This document shows, one piece after another, positions 1 through 9,825 of a stretch of 64,000 nt of DNA. The translations under genes and the position numbers were made by a program. Source of the DNA: an uncultured Acidimicrobiia bacterium (lineage in GTDB: Bacteria > Acidobacteriota > Terriglobia > Versatilivoradales > Versatilivoraceae); the NCBI GenBank assembly GCA_963786955.1, contig CAWBAT010000009.1, positions 224,001 to 288,000 of the forward strand. Reading direction: 5' to 3'. Positions within the stretch are counted from its first letter, which is position 1. Each line of letters opens with the position of its first letter. The notes below the pieces were generated by a model. That model ran no database searches, was not told the origin of the DNA, and saw nothing but the letters and a program-made list of their open reading frames with translations.

Positions 1-1640
1 CGCGTGTCAAGCCGGTTGAGTTCCATTACCGTCTCCGCAACCAGCCCGAGGACTCTGGCTTCACCCTCAATGTTGATTTTCTCCCAGTCATCAGAAGGTC
101 GGTGGTAGTCCGTGTGAACGCCGGTGAAAAAAAACAAGACCGGAATGTCTTTCCCATAAAATGACGAATGGTCGCTCGGTCCAAATCCGTCGTCCTGAAA
201 CTTCAGATCCAATTGGGCTGTCTCGTTGAGTTGATGTATCAAATCTTTCCAAAGAGGCGAACTCCCCGATCCACCAATGATCAGCCGGCTATTCTTCATC
301 CGCCCGATCATATCCATATTCAGCATGGCCACAGTTTTTTCCAAGGGAAAGAGCGGATGATTCACATAAAACTTTGAACCAATAAGACCTTCCTCTTCGG
401 CTCCAAAAGCCACAAAAACCACACTGCGTTTCAACTCTGTCCTGCGTTTGGCCAATACTCGGGCGACTTCCAGTAATCCAGACGTCCCCGAAGCATTGTC
501 GTCAGCTCCATTGTGGATCTCTTTCCCGTCGGTTTCACTGAGAGATGCAAACTCCCCCAGTCCCAGATGATCGTAATGAGCGCCGATGACGACGAGCTCC
601 CTGGAAACACCAGGTTCACTGCCTTTTAAAATTCCGACCACATTAGTGGTTGATTTCGTAATTTTTTGGAGCTGACAGTCGAATGACAGTTCAACTCCTT
701 TCAGTTCAGCAGCACTTCCCTTCCCTGTTCGGCTGCGCGTTTTCAGAGATTCAAGATCTAAGCCTCCGTCCTGGAAAATCTCTCGGGCGGTCTTTTGGCT
801 GACGGCGAATACCGCAATCCCCGAATCGGCAAACTCCGCGTCAAATTGCAATTTGGAGAGGGAACTCTTCGCAAAATCTTCCGAGTCGTCAATCAGGACA
901 AGCGCTTTGGCCCCTTTCTCTCGGGCAGTCATAGCTTTGTAGCGTAATGGATAATAACGGGCAAATTTTCCATGGGAGTCATTTCCGTCAGGCCCATAAC
1001 GAAGCACAAAGACAAAACGATCTTTCACATCGAGTCCTTGATAATCCTGATGGTCCAGCTCGGAGGCGGATATGCCGTACCCCGCAAATACTCCTTTACC
1101 CTCGAATTTCCCATTCATCGAAAAGGCCTTGGGCATGAAGTCGAGATGGAGTCGATACTCCTTGACTTCCTCTCCTGGAGAAGTCTTGGCTGTAAACTGG
1201 TTTTGAGCCCCAAGCTCTATGCCGGCTACAAAACTGAAGTCCTGGAGAAAGCTTTGGCCCGCCCCTGGCTGCAACCCGTATTCCTTAAATTTGTCGCTAA
1301 TGTAAGCGGCTGCCTTTTCTGCCCCGGACGAACCGGCAAGCCTTCCGCCGAGGTCGTCTGATGCCAGGTACTTCAAATTGTCGAGAATCTCATGATCGGA
1401 AATGCCGTAGGTTGAAACTAAATTGCCGGCTCCGTGCGCTCCCAGCGCAAATGACGAAAAACTGATCGCCAGCAGGCACAGGAGGAGAACCAGTAAAGAT
1501 CGTCGTCTCGTAGTAACTTGCAGATGTCTGTGCTGTAGTTGGCCCCGCTTTTTAGGCCCGGGGTCAACGACCCCGGCTACAACAATTGCCGCGAATTGGT
1601 GCAGCGTAGTACTAGTCCATGTCCACATCAAAGATTTCAA
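1..1640 (-). CDS. M28 family aminopeptidase with PA domain (3' end runs off the window)
   Basis: Not in the ORF track because there is no stop in the window. Hand translation gives a signal-like LLVLLLCLLAISFSSFA, then LKYLASDDLGGR, GAHYDHLGLG, NGADDNASG, FGAEEEGLIGS, MLNMDMIGR, SDHSSFY and HTDYHRPSDD. Start is TTG 1640 (GGGAG RBS) or ATG 1628. Confidence 0.9.
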   Translation of the reverse strand, partial: MKSLMWTWTSTTLHQFAAIVVAGVVDPGPKKRGQLQHRHLQVTTRRRSLLVLLLCLLAISFSSFALGAHGAGNLVSTYGISDHEILDNLKYLASDDLGGRLAGSSGAEKAAAYISDKFKEYGLQPGAGQSFLQDFSFVAGIELGAQNQFTAKTSPGEEVKEYRLHLDFMPKAFSMNGKFEGKGVFAGYGISASELDHQDYQGLDVKDRFVFVLRYGPDGNDSHGKFARYYPLRYKAMTAREKGAKALVLIDDSEDFAKSSLSKLQFDAEFADSGIAVFAVSQKTAREIFQDGGLDLESLKTRSRTGKGSAAELKGVELSFDCQLQKITKSTTNVVGILKGSEPGVSRELVVIGAHYDHLGLGEFASLSETDGKEIHNGADDNASGTSGLLEVARVLAKRRTELKRSVVFVAFGAEEEGLIGSKFYVNHPLFPLEKTVAMLNMDMIGRMKNSRLIIGGSGSSPLWKDLIHQLNETAQLDLKFQDDGFGPSDHSSFYGKDIPVLFFFTGVHTDYHRPSDDWEKINIEGEARVLGLVAETVMELNRLDT

Positions 1641-1660
1641 GGTATCTCCCTGCTCGCAAC

Positions 1661-2437
1661 CTACAACCGTCTGATGTGAAATCCCCCATCGACATCAATG
1701 ACTTGACCGGTACTGAACGGGAAGTACCCTTTGACAATGGCTTCCACGGCCTTCGCCACATCCGAGGGCAGGCCCCATCGTTTTATCGGGGTCAGGCCAT
1801 CTTGGATCAACTGATCATAGGTATGCTTGACAGTCTCTGTCATATCGGTCCGGATGACTCCGGGACGAACCTCAAAAACAGGAATCTCATATTCAGCCAA
1901 ACGGTCCGCAAATAATTGAGTCATCATGGAAACAGCGGCCTTTGATAGACAATACTCTGCGCGGTTCGTTGAAGTGGTATACGCGGAGATGGATGAAATA
2001 TTGATGATCACAGGTAAATAATCCGGCATCTGCCGGCGCAATTCGATCATCCAATTGGCGATGCGTTGGGTCAAAAAATAAGGGCCCTTCAAATTAGTCC
2101 GTAGCAAATGGTCAAAGCTGTCTTCCTGGGCGTGGAGCATATCTTCACGCTTGGCCGGCGCGATGCCTGCATTATTCACGAGAACATCGACTCGCCCAAA
2201 GGTGCCTCTCAAGAACTTCTCAATTCGAGAATGTTCAGCCGTCTGGCTGATATCCGCTTGGATCAATTCGGCATGAACTCCCCGCTGGGTTGCAGCCGTC
2301 TGAACCAACAGCGCTTCTTCACTATGAGTGAAGTAATTAATGGCGAGGTCATAACCTAGTTCAGCGAGGGTCGTTGAGATGGCTTTACCAATCCCCCTGC
2401 TCCCTCCCGTGACAAACGCAACCCGATTCTGACTCAT
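1661..2437 (-). CDS. SDR family oxidoreductase (3-ketoacyl-ACP reductase-like)
   Basis: TGGSRGIG, NNAG and YCLSK motifs; 258 aa. Confidence 0.9.
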   Translation of the reverse strand: MSQNRVAFVTGGSRGIGKAISTTLAELGYDLAINYFTHSEEALLVQTAATQRGVHAELIQADISQTAEHSRIEKFLRGTFGRVDVLVNNAGIAPAKREDMLHAQEDSFDHLLRTNLKGPYFLTQRIANWMIELRRQMPDYLPVIINISSISAYTTSTNRAEYCLSKAAVSMMTQLFADRLAEYEIPVFEVRPGVIRTDMTETVKHTYDQLIQDGLTPIKRWGLPSDVAKAVEAIVKGYFPFSTGQVIDVDGGFHIRRL

Positions 2438-2609
2438 TCGTCAATCCCTGATAGAAACGATTTCAATAAATCTTCGCATTCATTCATGGTTCAGAACTTC
2501 TCGACATTACCTTGGGAAGAAAATGACTTGCCTCTGCTTCGCACATTTCAGTGAGCCGCATTAGGATGAAATGGCGCAATCATGCCGGATTCAACACCCC
2601 TCTGACCTC

Positions 2610-3674
2610 TCACTTGTTTCTTGCCGCGCTGCTCAGACGATCCATTTTCCATTGTTTCTCGCCCGCGGGCAAAAAGAAAAAGACTTCCGTGTCAGAGTAT
2701 TTGGCTAAAAGGGCTTTACTTTTTTCAAACCCCAGCACGTAGAAAGAATCGTCCAAGGCATCGCCGTCGGTTCCGTTCTGGGTCAAGACAGCTACGCTGA
2801 ACATATTCTCAACCGGGCTGCCGGTCTTGGGATTCATGATGTGGGAATACGTGACCCCTCGGACTATGAAAAACTTCTCGTAGTTTCCGGAGACAGAAAG
2901 ACACCGGTCCTTCAACAGAACGGTTATCGGGCTTTTTTTAGGATCGTGAGGAGACAAAGGGTCTCGAAGTTTCACTTCCCACCCTGGCCGATCTGGAGGA
3001 GTTCCTAAGCCGTAAAGCGTACTGCCGCCGGCACTGATAAAAGCATGTTCGATCTTTTGTTCTTTCAGGATTTCGACGATCCGATCCACAGCATAGCCTT
3101 TGGCAATGCCGCCCAGATCGATCTCCATCCCCTCCTTCTCGAACTGAATGGTTCGATGGACATCATCCAGCTTTAAATACTGGTAACCGACGTGCCGTAA
3201 GACACTCCAGATTTCGAAAGGCCATGGAACTCGCCCTTCGTTGCGGAAAAAGCCCCAAGTCTTCATGAGTGGGCCGACCGTAATATCAAAGGCGCCATCT
3301 GATTCCCGGCTATACTCCACGCATCGCTTGAGAAAGCGAAATAACTCCGGCTCTACCCGGACCGGACCTTTCCCCGCTTCTCGATTAATCTGTGACAGGG
3401 GACTCTCCGGCTTGTAATTGCTCATTAAGGCGTCGATTCGGTCCGCTTCGTCGAGGGCCGCATTGGTGATAAGAGGAAGTTGTTTCGGATCCTTGCCGTA
3501 CAGCAAAACGGTATAGGTGCAAGCCATGGAAACACGGCTATCCTCAAACCGAGTCAGCAGCGGCCTTTCTTCCGGTTTAGTGCCCGCCAATGTGACTAAT
3601 CCAGACGAAGAAAGTCTTGTGACAATTTTCTCCTCAACCCCAGACCTTCTCCCTTGGGGTTGATCATGTCCCAT
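2610..3674 (-). CDS. apbE: FAD:protein FMN transferase (ApbE family)
   Basis: GAFDITVGPL, DLGGIAKGYAVD, SVSGNYE and YSHIMNPKTG motifs. The start is uncertain; the 548-aa track ORF reads through upstream repeats. Confidence 0.85.
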   Translation of the reverse strand: MGHDQPQGRRSGVEEKIVTRLSSSGLVTLAGTKPEERPLLTRFEDSRVSMACTYTVLLYGKDPKQLPLITNAALDEADRIDALMSNYKPESPLSQINREAGKGPVRVEPELFRFLKRCVEYSRESDGAFDITVGPLMKTWGFFRNEGRVPWPFEIWSVLRHVGYQYLKLDDVHRTIQFEKEGMEIDLGGIAKGYAVDRIVEILKEQKIEHAFISAGGSTLYGLGTPPDRPGWEVKLRDPLSPHDPKKSPITVLLKDRCLSVSGNYEKFFIVRGVTYSHIMNPKTGSPVENMFSVAVLTQNGTDGDALDDSFYVLGFEKSKALLAKYSDTEVFFFLPAGEKQWKMDRLSSAARNK

Positions 3675-3952
3675 ATCTTTTTCGCTGGACACAGGGGGTG
3701 CCTGAAAGGCTGTCTCCAAGCCAGTTTTCGGCCCTGAAAGGGCCAGGGAATGTAGCCCAGGGCAAGAGAGCGAAGCGACCGCCGCCCTGGGTCCAAGGCA
3801 AACAAAGTTTAGCCCCTCTCCCCCGCGAATTGGAAGAGACAGTCTGAAACCCTCTCTCAGCGGGGGGGAGAGGGGAGCGGGGAGAAGGGGTGACATTCCG
3901 TGCCGCTGTAACCAAATACACCCCCCCTGTGTCCAGCAACCAGACTTATGGG
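3670..3952. mobile_element. MITE-like element with terminal inverted repeats
   Basis: Perfect 15-bp IR GCTGGACACAGGGGG (3684) / CCCCCTGTGTCCAGC (3923-3937), extending imperfectly to CCCATA/TATGGG. Internal palindromic repeats include CCCTGAAAGGG, AGCCCAGGG..CCCTGGG and CCCCTCTCCCC. Confidence 0.55.
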
Positions 3953-4197
3953 TAAGGGTCCTCCCATGAGGAGAGAGTGGTCCGCCCGACGGCGAGCCGG
4001 GTGAGGGAGAACGATTCGAGGACGCCCCCAAGCATAACTTTACTTCGTGCGTTTGTATTAGAAAGGGAGAGACTAGCAGGGTGAAAAAAATCGCACGGAC
4101 GCGAAGACACATGGGAAGTTTCAGATAGAGATTCCCTTCTGACGCCGGGAAAGTATCGGCCGACTTATCCCGAATTCCGAAGTGTGTGAGCGCTGCC

Positions 4198-4258
4198 AGG
4201 TGGAGCGGGCGCTCCCGCGCATGCTCAATGAACGCGCGGCGGAGCGCGCGTTCCACCT
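4198..4258. repeat. GTGG-type REP doublet (REPIN-like)
   Basis: AGGTGGAGCGGGCGCTCCCGCGC with inverted partner GCGCGGCGGAGCGCGCGTTCCACCT. Confidence 0.6.
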
Positions 4259-4356
4259 GAATTCGCAGGTAGTCAATGATGGGGGGGGATGGGAGCGATC
4301 CATAGGTAGAAGTCTGAAATTCGATCTTCCCGGGTGCCGTATCGCGGGTTCACTTC

Positions 4357-5772
4357 TCAAGATTGTTTCACATTCTTAGTGATTTGCATTTCCTTGGGGG
4401 TGCCGTTGCCTTTCGGCCAAAAAACCTTTTGCCCCGTTTCCATCGCTTGGTTCGCGTAAATGACAGCTCTAGAATCGGCCGCCCCGATATGAACATTTGC
4501 CAGAGGTTTCTTCCCTTCGCGAACACAGGCAAAAAAGCTTTCTTCCTCCACGCTCAGAGCATCCTGTTCCCGATCCATTTCAAGAACACCCATATCGATC
4601 AGCCATTTCTTGGCATAATCGATCTCTTTGTCAACAAACCCCATATTCTTCTGGGGAAATTGCGGGAAGATGGGAAAGCCCTTCTTCGCTTCGCGGTTCT
4701 TGGCAGTTGCCCCTGCCCACCAATTCTGCTCTTTCGCATCGAGCGCCACATTCTTGTTTGTGGGTGCATCCTTTGGCTTGTTTTCCCGGAAGTAAGTGGC
4801 GCGGGCATTATTGTTTCCGAGAGTAATCTCGATGGATCCTTCGTCGCCCATAATGACTTCAGAAAAATCCAAATGGGCATTGTTGCAGATTGATGTAAAT
4901 ACAAATTTTTGTCCTTGCGGATACTCATAAATCACTGAAACATTGTCGAAAATATCTCTTCCATCTTTCCAGTAATCCAACCCACCGACTCCGACAACTG
5001 AGACAGGCTCAGACTGGTAGGCCCAGTCCGCGACATCGACTTGATGTGAACCGAGCTCAGCCATAAGCCCGCCGGAATATTCCCGATACACACGCCAATT
5101 CAAGAACCGTTCGAGTTTTGGGTCAGGGACAGGAACTCTCCAACTGCCATTGCGATCCCACTGGGCCCGGATAAATTGCACTTTCCCCAGCGCGCCACTA
5201 TGGATCATCTGCATGGCGACTTGATAGATTGTGCTGTAACGCCTTTGAAGGCCTACTTGCAAAACCAGCTTCGGATTCGCCTCAGTGGCTGCAAGCACTC
5301 GAGGAATCTGATCTTCCTTTTGAGCCATGACTTTTTCGACAAAGACGTGCTTTCCCGCACTGATCGCATCCAGCAGCATGGGGACATGGAGGTAATAGGG
5401 AGTCACAATAAAAACAGCCTCAATATCTTTGCGATCCAACACGCGCCGATAGTCATCAGCCACAGTTTCGGGATTATTCCCGATCGTCTCGACACCCTTT
5501 TTCAGATTCGGGGGATAAATATCGCAGATCACCGTACATCGTCCTGTGGTAATCGTGCTTAAATGCTTCAAATGATTGCAACCCTGTCTTCCAGAACCGA
5601 TGAACCCATAGCTCACCGGATTTGCCAGAGACTGCGCCCGAATGATCGCCGGAGCACCTAAAGTTGTAAGACTTGAAGCCGCGGATACGCAACTCGCGTA
5701 TTTGAGAAAATGACGTCGACTCAGTCTTACAGGGTTTTGGGTCGGTGGCATGCGAACACTCCTATCCGGCAC
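4357..5772 (-). CDS. Gfo/Idh/MocA family oxidoreductase with Tat signal
   Basis: SRRHFLK Tat motif, GFIGSGRQG, GKHVFVEK and GGLMAELGSHQVD. Confidence 0.9.
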   Translation of the reverse strand: MPDRSVRMPPTQNPVRLSRRHFLKYASCVSAASSLTTLGAPAIIRAQSLANPVSYGFIGSGRQGCNHLKHLSTITTGRCTVICDIYPPNLKKGVETIGNNPETVADDYRRVLDRKDIEAVFIVTPYYLHVPMLLDAISAGKHVFVEKVMAQKEDQIPRVLAATEANPKLVLQVGLQRRYSTIYQVAMQMIHSGALGKVQFIRAQWDRNGSWRVPVPDPKLERFLNWRVYREYSGGLMAELGSHQVDVADWAYQSEPVSVVGVGGLDYWKDGRDIFDNVSVIYEYPQGQKFVFTSICNNAHLDFSEVIMGDEGSIEITLGNNNARATYFRENKPKDAPTNKNVALDAKEQNWWAGATAKNREAKKGFPIFPQFPQKNMGFVDKEIDYAKKWLIDMGVLEMDREQDALSVEEESFFACVREGKKPLANVHIGAADSRAVIYANQAMETGQKVFWPKGNGTPKEMQITKNVKQS

Positions 5773-5890
5773 TAATCTAGCGCTTCCAAATCCAATTTAA
5801 CATATCCGACTAAAATGACAAACAATCCTCCCGAATCTTTTCGTTTCTTTCCCCTGAATCAACCGTCCTCTTGAGACTTTCGAGTTATTC

Positions 5891-5919
5891 TTGGAACGAA
5901 TGATTCAAGCTCCTATAAT
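5891..5919 (+). promoter_or_regulatory. Putative sigma70 promoter of the ArgE-like gene
   Basis: TTGGAA-17 nt-TATAAT, about 46 nt upstream of the ATG at 5966. Confidence 0.5.
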
Positions 5920-5965
5920 TTGAAATCGCTGCTGACTTCTTCAACAATTCCGTGTAGTTTCCTCA

Positions 5966-7135
5966 ATGATGATTACTGAAAACACTTTTCAAAAGTCTAT
6001 CGCGGTTCTGAAAGACCTGATCCAGATTAACTCTACAAATTCCACGCTCGTTCGTGGAGGAGTTGGAGAAAAGGAAATCGTACGGTATCTGAGTGAACTC
6101 TTCCTGCAGGAGGGAATTCACTCCGAACTTCAGAACATTGGCACGGATCGATTTAATTTGGTGGCCAGGGTTAGCGGGAAGAAAGGCGGCCCTAGAATCC
6201 TTCTCAATGGTCACCTCGACACCGTAGGGGTGGCAGGCATGCTAGCGCCTTTCGAAGCGAGAGAAATCGAGGGCAAGATCTATGGTCGAGGCTCGCAGGA
6301 TATGAAAGGGGGCCTCGCTGCGGGAGTAGCCACTCTGTTGGCTCTTTCCCAGAATCGGGACAGGTTTACTGGCGAAGTTGTATTGGCCGCCGTGGCCGAT
6401 GAAGAAGACCGGAGCATTGGAACGGAATATTTTCTGCGACACCAACCCCAAGAAAAACGTTTCGATTTTTGCATTGTCCTCGAACCCACCGACCTTAAAG
6501 TATGTACCGCGCACAAGGGTTTTGCCTGGCTCGAGATCACAGTCTACGGAAAGGCTGCCCACGGGAGCCGTCCCAACGAAGGCATTGATGCCATTCGGCA
6601 TATGGGACGGGTTCTTGAACAACTCAATCAGTTAGATAACCGATTGCAGTCCACTCCCCTTCACTCGTTGCTGGGCTCAGGATCCTTGCACACTTCTTTG
6701 ATCGAAGGAGGTTGCGAATGGAGCTCGTATCCGGATCGATGTGTCCTGAAGTATGAGCGACGGACAGTTCCTCCAGAAAATGAAGCGACTTTTCGAAATG
6801 AGCTCAATGTCATCCTTGAGGATCTAACGAAGTCCGTATCACTTTTTCGGGCAGAGAGTCAGCTGATCTTCTCCCGCGCTCCCTTAGAGCAAGACAGGAA
6901 ACACCCTTTTGTTTCTCGGTTCCATCTACAGGCGGTTCACAATTTTTCTGAGCTGGCGGACTGGGGAACAGTTTCTTTCTGGACAGATGCTGCATTAATC
7001 TCTGACGCCGGAATTCCCTCTGTCGTCTTCGGGCCCCGTGGCGCAGGACTTCATTCCCTTGAAGAGTATGTGCTCGCTTCCGACGTGGTAGCTTGTGCAA
7101 AGCTGCTCTACGATTTCATCCTCGCCCTGCCTTAA
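5966..7135 (+). CDS. ArgE/DapE family M20 metallo-deacylase
   Basis: NGHLDTV, GRGSQDMKGG, DEE, EPT, GKAAHGS and C-terminal GLHSLEE. Confidence 0.9.
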   Translation: MMITENTFQKSIAVLKDLIQINSTNSTLVRGGVGEKEIVRYLSELFLQEGIHSELQNIGTDRFNLVARVSGKKGGPRILLNGHLDTVGVAGMLAPFEAREIEGKIYGRGSQDMKGGLAAGVATLLALSQNRDRFTGEVVLAAVADEEDRSIGTEYFLRHQPQEKRFDFCIVLEPTDLKVCTAHKGFAWLEITVYGKAAHGSRPNEGIDAIRHMGRVLEQLNQLDNRLQSTPLHSLLGSGSLHTSLIEGGCEWSSYPDRCVLKYERRTVPPENEATFRNELNVILEDLTKSVSLFRAESQLIFSRAPLEQDRKHPFVSRFHLQAVHNFSELADWGTVSFWTDAALISDAGIPSVVFGPRGAGLHSLEEYVLASDVVACAKLLYDFILALP

Positions 7136-7419
7136 GGCGCTTTCCGATTTTCCGTGCCCGCCAGGGCCACAACGACCAGGGTCCAGGCCGGGAACAACTG
7201 CAGGGCCGGCACAGCTTCAACGGCCAGAGCCGACAAGAGCGGCCAGCGGAAGCCCAGCACAGCAAACAGCACCACGGCGGTGGCTGCGTCCAACAGCCAC
7301 TGTACCGGTGGTAACAGCACCACACCGAAACCCAGCGCGTCCGACAGCACCGCGGTCAATAGAGCCCAGCGCCAGCGGGGAAACTTCCAGGCCATCAGGA
7401 AATTATGGACTAGTTTCAT
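7132..7419 (-). CDS. Small membrane hypothetical protein (paralog of 15818-16126)
   Basis: Hydrophobic 95 aa; shares PPVQW..D.ATA..LF.VLG..W.LL..L..EA.P.L..FP.W.LVV with the other copy. Confidence 0.65.
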   Translation of the reverse strand: MKLVHNFLMAWKFPRWRWALLTAVLSDALGFGVVLLPPVQWLLDAATAVVLFAVLGFRWPLLSALAVEAVPALQLFPAWTLVVVALAGTENRKAP

Positions 7420-7447
7420 CGATTTGGTTTCACCCTTCGACGCCCAG

Positions 7448-7556
7448 CTACCGGGCTTTGGTAAGCAACATCCGGTCGGGAGTGTGCCTGTACGTCCATG
7501 GACAGCCCGAGTTCTTCCAGCCGTTCACCAGCCGCTGGCCCACGAAGACGCTTGCA
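7448..7556 (-). pseudogene. C-terminal remnant of a rhodanese paralog
   Basis: Hand translation SVFVGQRLVNGWKNSGCPWTYRHTPDRMLLTKAR* matches the end of 21351-21869 (DGWKNSGCPWTKKLTPDRMLLSKVQ). The 5' part is missing. Confidence 0.75.
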
Positions 7557-7659
7557 GTGGCAGCCAGGACGATGCTGGCATCACGGCGAGGGTTACCAAT
7601 ATACCATTGCCCACCAAACAGTTCCAAAACACTTCTGCATTTAGTTGAGCCATATTCAA

Positions 7660-7935
7660 CTCTTTAGAAATTCCCCTCTTGGGAGGGGAAAGAAGGCTTT
7701 AGCCTTCAGGGGTGGGTCCGCCCGTCGGAACAACCCACCCCTGGCCTTCGGCCATCCCCCGAAGTTGTGAAAGAATTGCGTTCGGTGTCGCCCTTCGAGT
7801 GTCCCCCTTGGTTAAGGGGGACTCCAGGGGGTAAGGTAGGGCGGTCTCGCTGAGACCGCCGACTCCAGTTTTGGTGTGGCGGCGCGCACGGCGTGCGCGC
7901 CCTACCAGAGCGACCACCCCCTCGCCCCCTCGAAA
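7660..7935. repeat. Cluster of palindromic repeats (CCCCTC..GAGGGG element plus GTAG REP doublet)
   Basis: 7836-7927 is nearly identical to 50876-50967. ACCCACCCCTGGCCTTCGGCCATCCC is shared with about 22037 and about 24472. Confidence 0.75.
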
Positions 7936-7973
7936 GCAGATGAGTTTCTCTCACCACCAGCCGTTCGCCCAGA

Positions 7974-9023
7974 TCACGCCTCGGTGAACTGAAGAACGAC
8001 TTTGATGTCGTCTGCGGTTCGCTGCAGGGCCTTCATGAAATCTTGAGGCCGCTCACGTCTTGTCACGAGTCGCGCCAGCCAGGAGCGATCTGCGCGGGCC
8101 AGTGCTTCTCCGGCCTTATACCAGTGCCGCTTGTTTGCGTTGACGCTGCCGACGATGACGTTGTTCTGCAGCACTGCGCTGGCCGCAACATCGGCTATTG
8201 AAGCTGCATACCGGGCTCCGCCGCTGCCGACACCGGTGAGGCAAACGATGCCACCTGAGCCGATGGAGCGAATCGAGTCGGCAATGACCTGTCCGACGCC
8301 AGTACATTCGATGATGACATCCGGCTCGAATCCTATTCCCCCGACCGCACCGACGTGATAGGTTGCGCCGAGTGAGCGCACGAGTTCGGGCTTGGGCCCC
8401 GACTCGACCCGGTCCAGGACATGGACTTCCAACCCGTGTTGTCTTCCAACGAGAGCGGCCAGCAGGCCGATGGGCCCCGCTCCCGTCACCAGCGCGGTCC
8501 GGGGTTCCCAGAAGGCGCGCTGGCCCACGGCAACGACCTGCTCCCACGCTTTTGTCACCACTGTCGTAGGCTCAAGCAAGACACCGAGGAGACCGAGAGC
8601 TGGGTTGACCTTCATTGCGTACTCCGGTTCAATCCGCCAGCGCTCCGACATGAACCCATCGATTTGCTTGATGCCGCGCTCGGTGTACTGTCCGTTGCGG
8701 CACATGTCCCACTCCCCCACCGCGCAGTTCGGGCAGGGGACAGGGTCAGGACGCCGGACAATGCCCACGACCAGATCCCCCTTCTTCAGTCCGCCGGCCG
8801 GACCCGGATCCAGCACGCGGCCAAGAGATTCGTGGCCCAGCACAAGTCGCTTCTTGCCGGGAGGAGCCCAGCCGTATTTTCCCTCGACGATTTCGACATC
8901 AGTCCCGCAAACCCCAACGGCGATGGCTTCCACGAGCACTGATCCGTCCCGTAGCTCCGGTTCTGGGATATTTTCCAACCGGGCAGTTTCGGGTTGCTTC
9001 GGCTCTACTGTGATTGCCTGCAT
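7974..9023 (-). CDS. Zn-dependent glucose 1-dehydrogenase (MDR family)
   Basis: GVCGTD, LGHES, VRRPDPVPCPNC..C and GAGPIG; AAGGAG RBS. Confidence 0.85.
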   Translation of the reverse strand: MQAITVEPKQPETARLENIPEPELRDGSVLVEAIAVGVCGTDVEIVEGKYGWAPPGKKRLVLGHESLGRVLDPGPAGGLKKGDLVVGIVRRPDPVPCPNCAVGEWDMCRNGQYTERGIKQIDGFMSERWRIEPEYAMKVNPALGLLGVLLEPTTVVTKAWEQVVAVGQRAFWEPRTALVTGAGPIGLLAALVGRQHGLEVHVLDRVESGPKPELVRSLGATYHVGAVGGIGFEPDVIIECTGVGQVIADSIRSIGSGGIVCLTGVGSGGARYAASIADVAASAVLQNNVIVGSVNANKRHWYKAGEALARADRSWLARLVTRRERPQDFMKALQRTADDIKVVLQFTEA

Positions 9024-9082
9024 ATAGTCTCCTTAGAAAATCCCTCTTAATAGAGGCGGATGTCCGGCCCTGATGAACCATC

Positions 9083-9309
9083 CCGCTCCCTTCCGCGCCG
9101 ATTGGTTTTCACACAAAGCCACAAAGTACTCCATTCAACTGCTCCGTTCAGGATTCACAAAATCCCATCTTTCATCAAAGCCTCACCGAAGCCGGGACCC
9201 AACTCCTTATGGATCTGTATGGCACCATTGACGATTCCTTTGCCGATCTCGTTTTCCGTCATCTCTTCGTGCCTTTGTGTCTTTGTGTGAGTCTTTTTCC
9301 GAGTTCACT
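9083..9309 (-). pseudogene. Internally deleted tandem copy of the GxxExxY unit
   Basis: Matches 9335-9451 joined to 9704-9820 (252-bp deletion). Keeps both inverted repeats and has a premature TGA. Confidence 0.85.
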
Positions 9310-9360
9310 TCCTGATGCGCTGGGTGCCCTCCTGCCGCTCCCTTCCGCGCCGATTGGTTT

Positions 9361-9802
9361 TCACACAAAGGCACGAAGGCACAAAGTGCTCTATTCAACT
9401 GCTCCATTCAGGATCCGCGAAATCCCATCTTTCATCAAAGCCTCACCGAAGTTCAAAAGATATCCAAGTTTCATCCCGGTCAATTTGAGATAGGTCAAAA
9501 GCTGCTTCTTATGTGCTTTGCTCACCGCCTCAACCGACTTCAACTCGACGATCACTTTGCCTTCAACGATGAGGTCCGCCCGGAAACCTTCGTCGAAAGT
9601 AATCCCATGGTACGCAATCGCGATGGGGATTTGTCGTTCAACTTGCAAACCTAATTGTGCCAATTCGTGAGCGAGAATAGCTTCATAGACGCTCTCGAAA
9701 AGGCCGGGACCCAACTCCTTATGGATCTGTATGGCACCATTGACGATTCCTTTGCCGATCTCGTTTTCCGTCATCTCTTCGTGCCTTTGTGTCTCTGTGT
9801 GA
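9361..9802. mobile_element. Inverted-repeat-bounded GxxExxY unit
   Basis: 26-bp IRs (22/26 match) at 9361-9386 and 9777-9802, built from 8-nt GGCAC(A/G)AA units that tightly bracket the gene. Confidence 0.55.
9391..9774 (-). CDS. GxxExxY protein (PD-(D/E)XK nuclease-like)
   Basis: ELGPGLFESVYE, FRADLIVEGKVIVELKSV, QLLTYL and GYLLNF. The likely start is MTENE at 9774. Confidence 0.92.
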   Translation of the reverse strand: MTENEIGKGIVNGAIQIHKELGPGLFESVYEAILAHELAQLGLQVERQIPIAIAYHGITFDEGFRADLIVEGKVIVELKSVEAVSKAHKKQLLTYLKLTGMKLGYLLNFGEALMKDGISRILNGAVE

Positions 9803-9825
9803 GTCTTTTTCGGGCTCACTATTGG

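Noticed and set aside
3675-4256. N-terminal 194 aa of the 548-aa ApbE ORF
   Set aside because: It translates palindromic repeat DNA (PSPGSPSGGPLSP, PLSPPLRE), so it is not a real domain.
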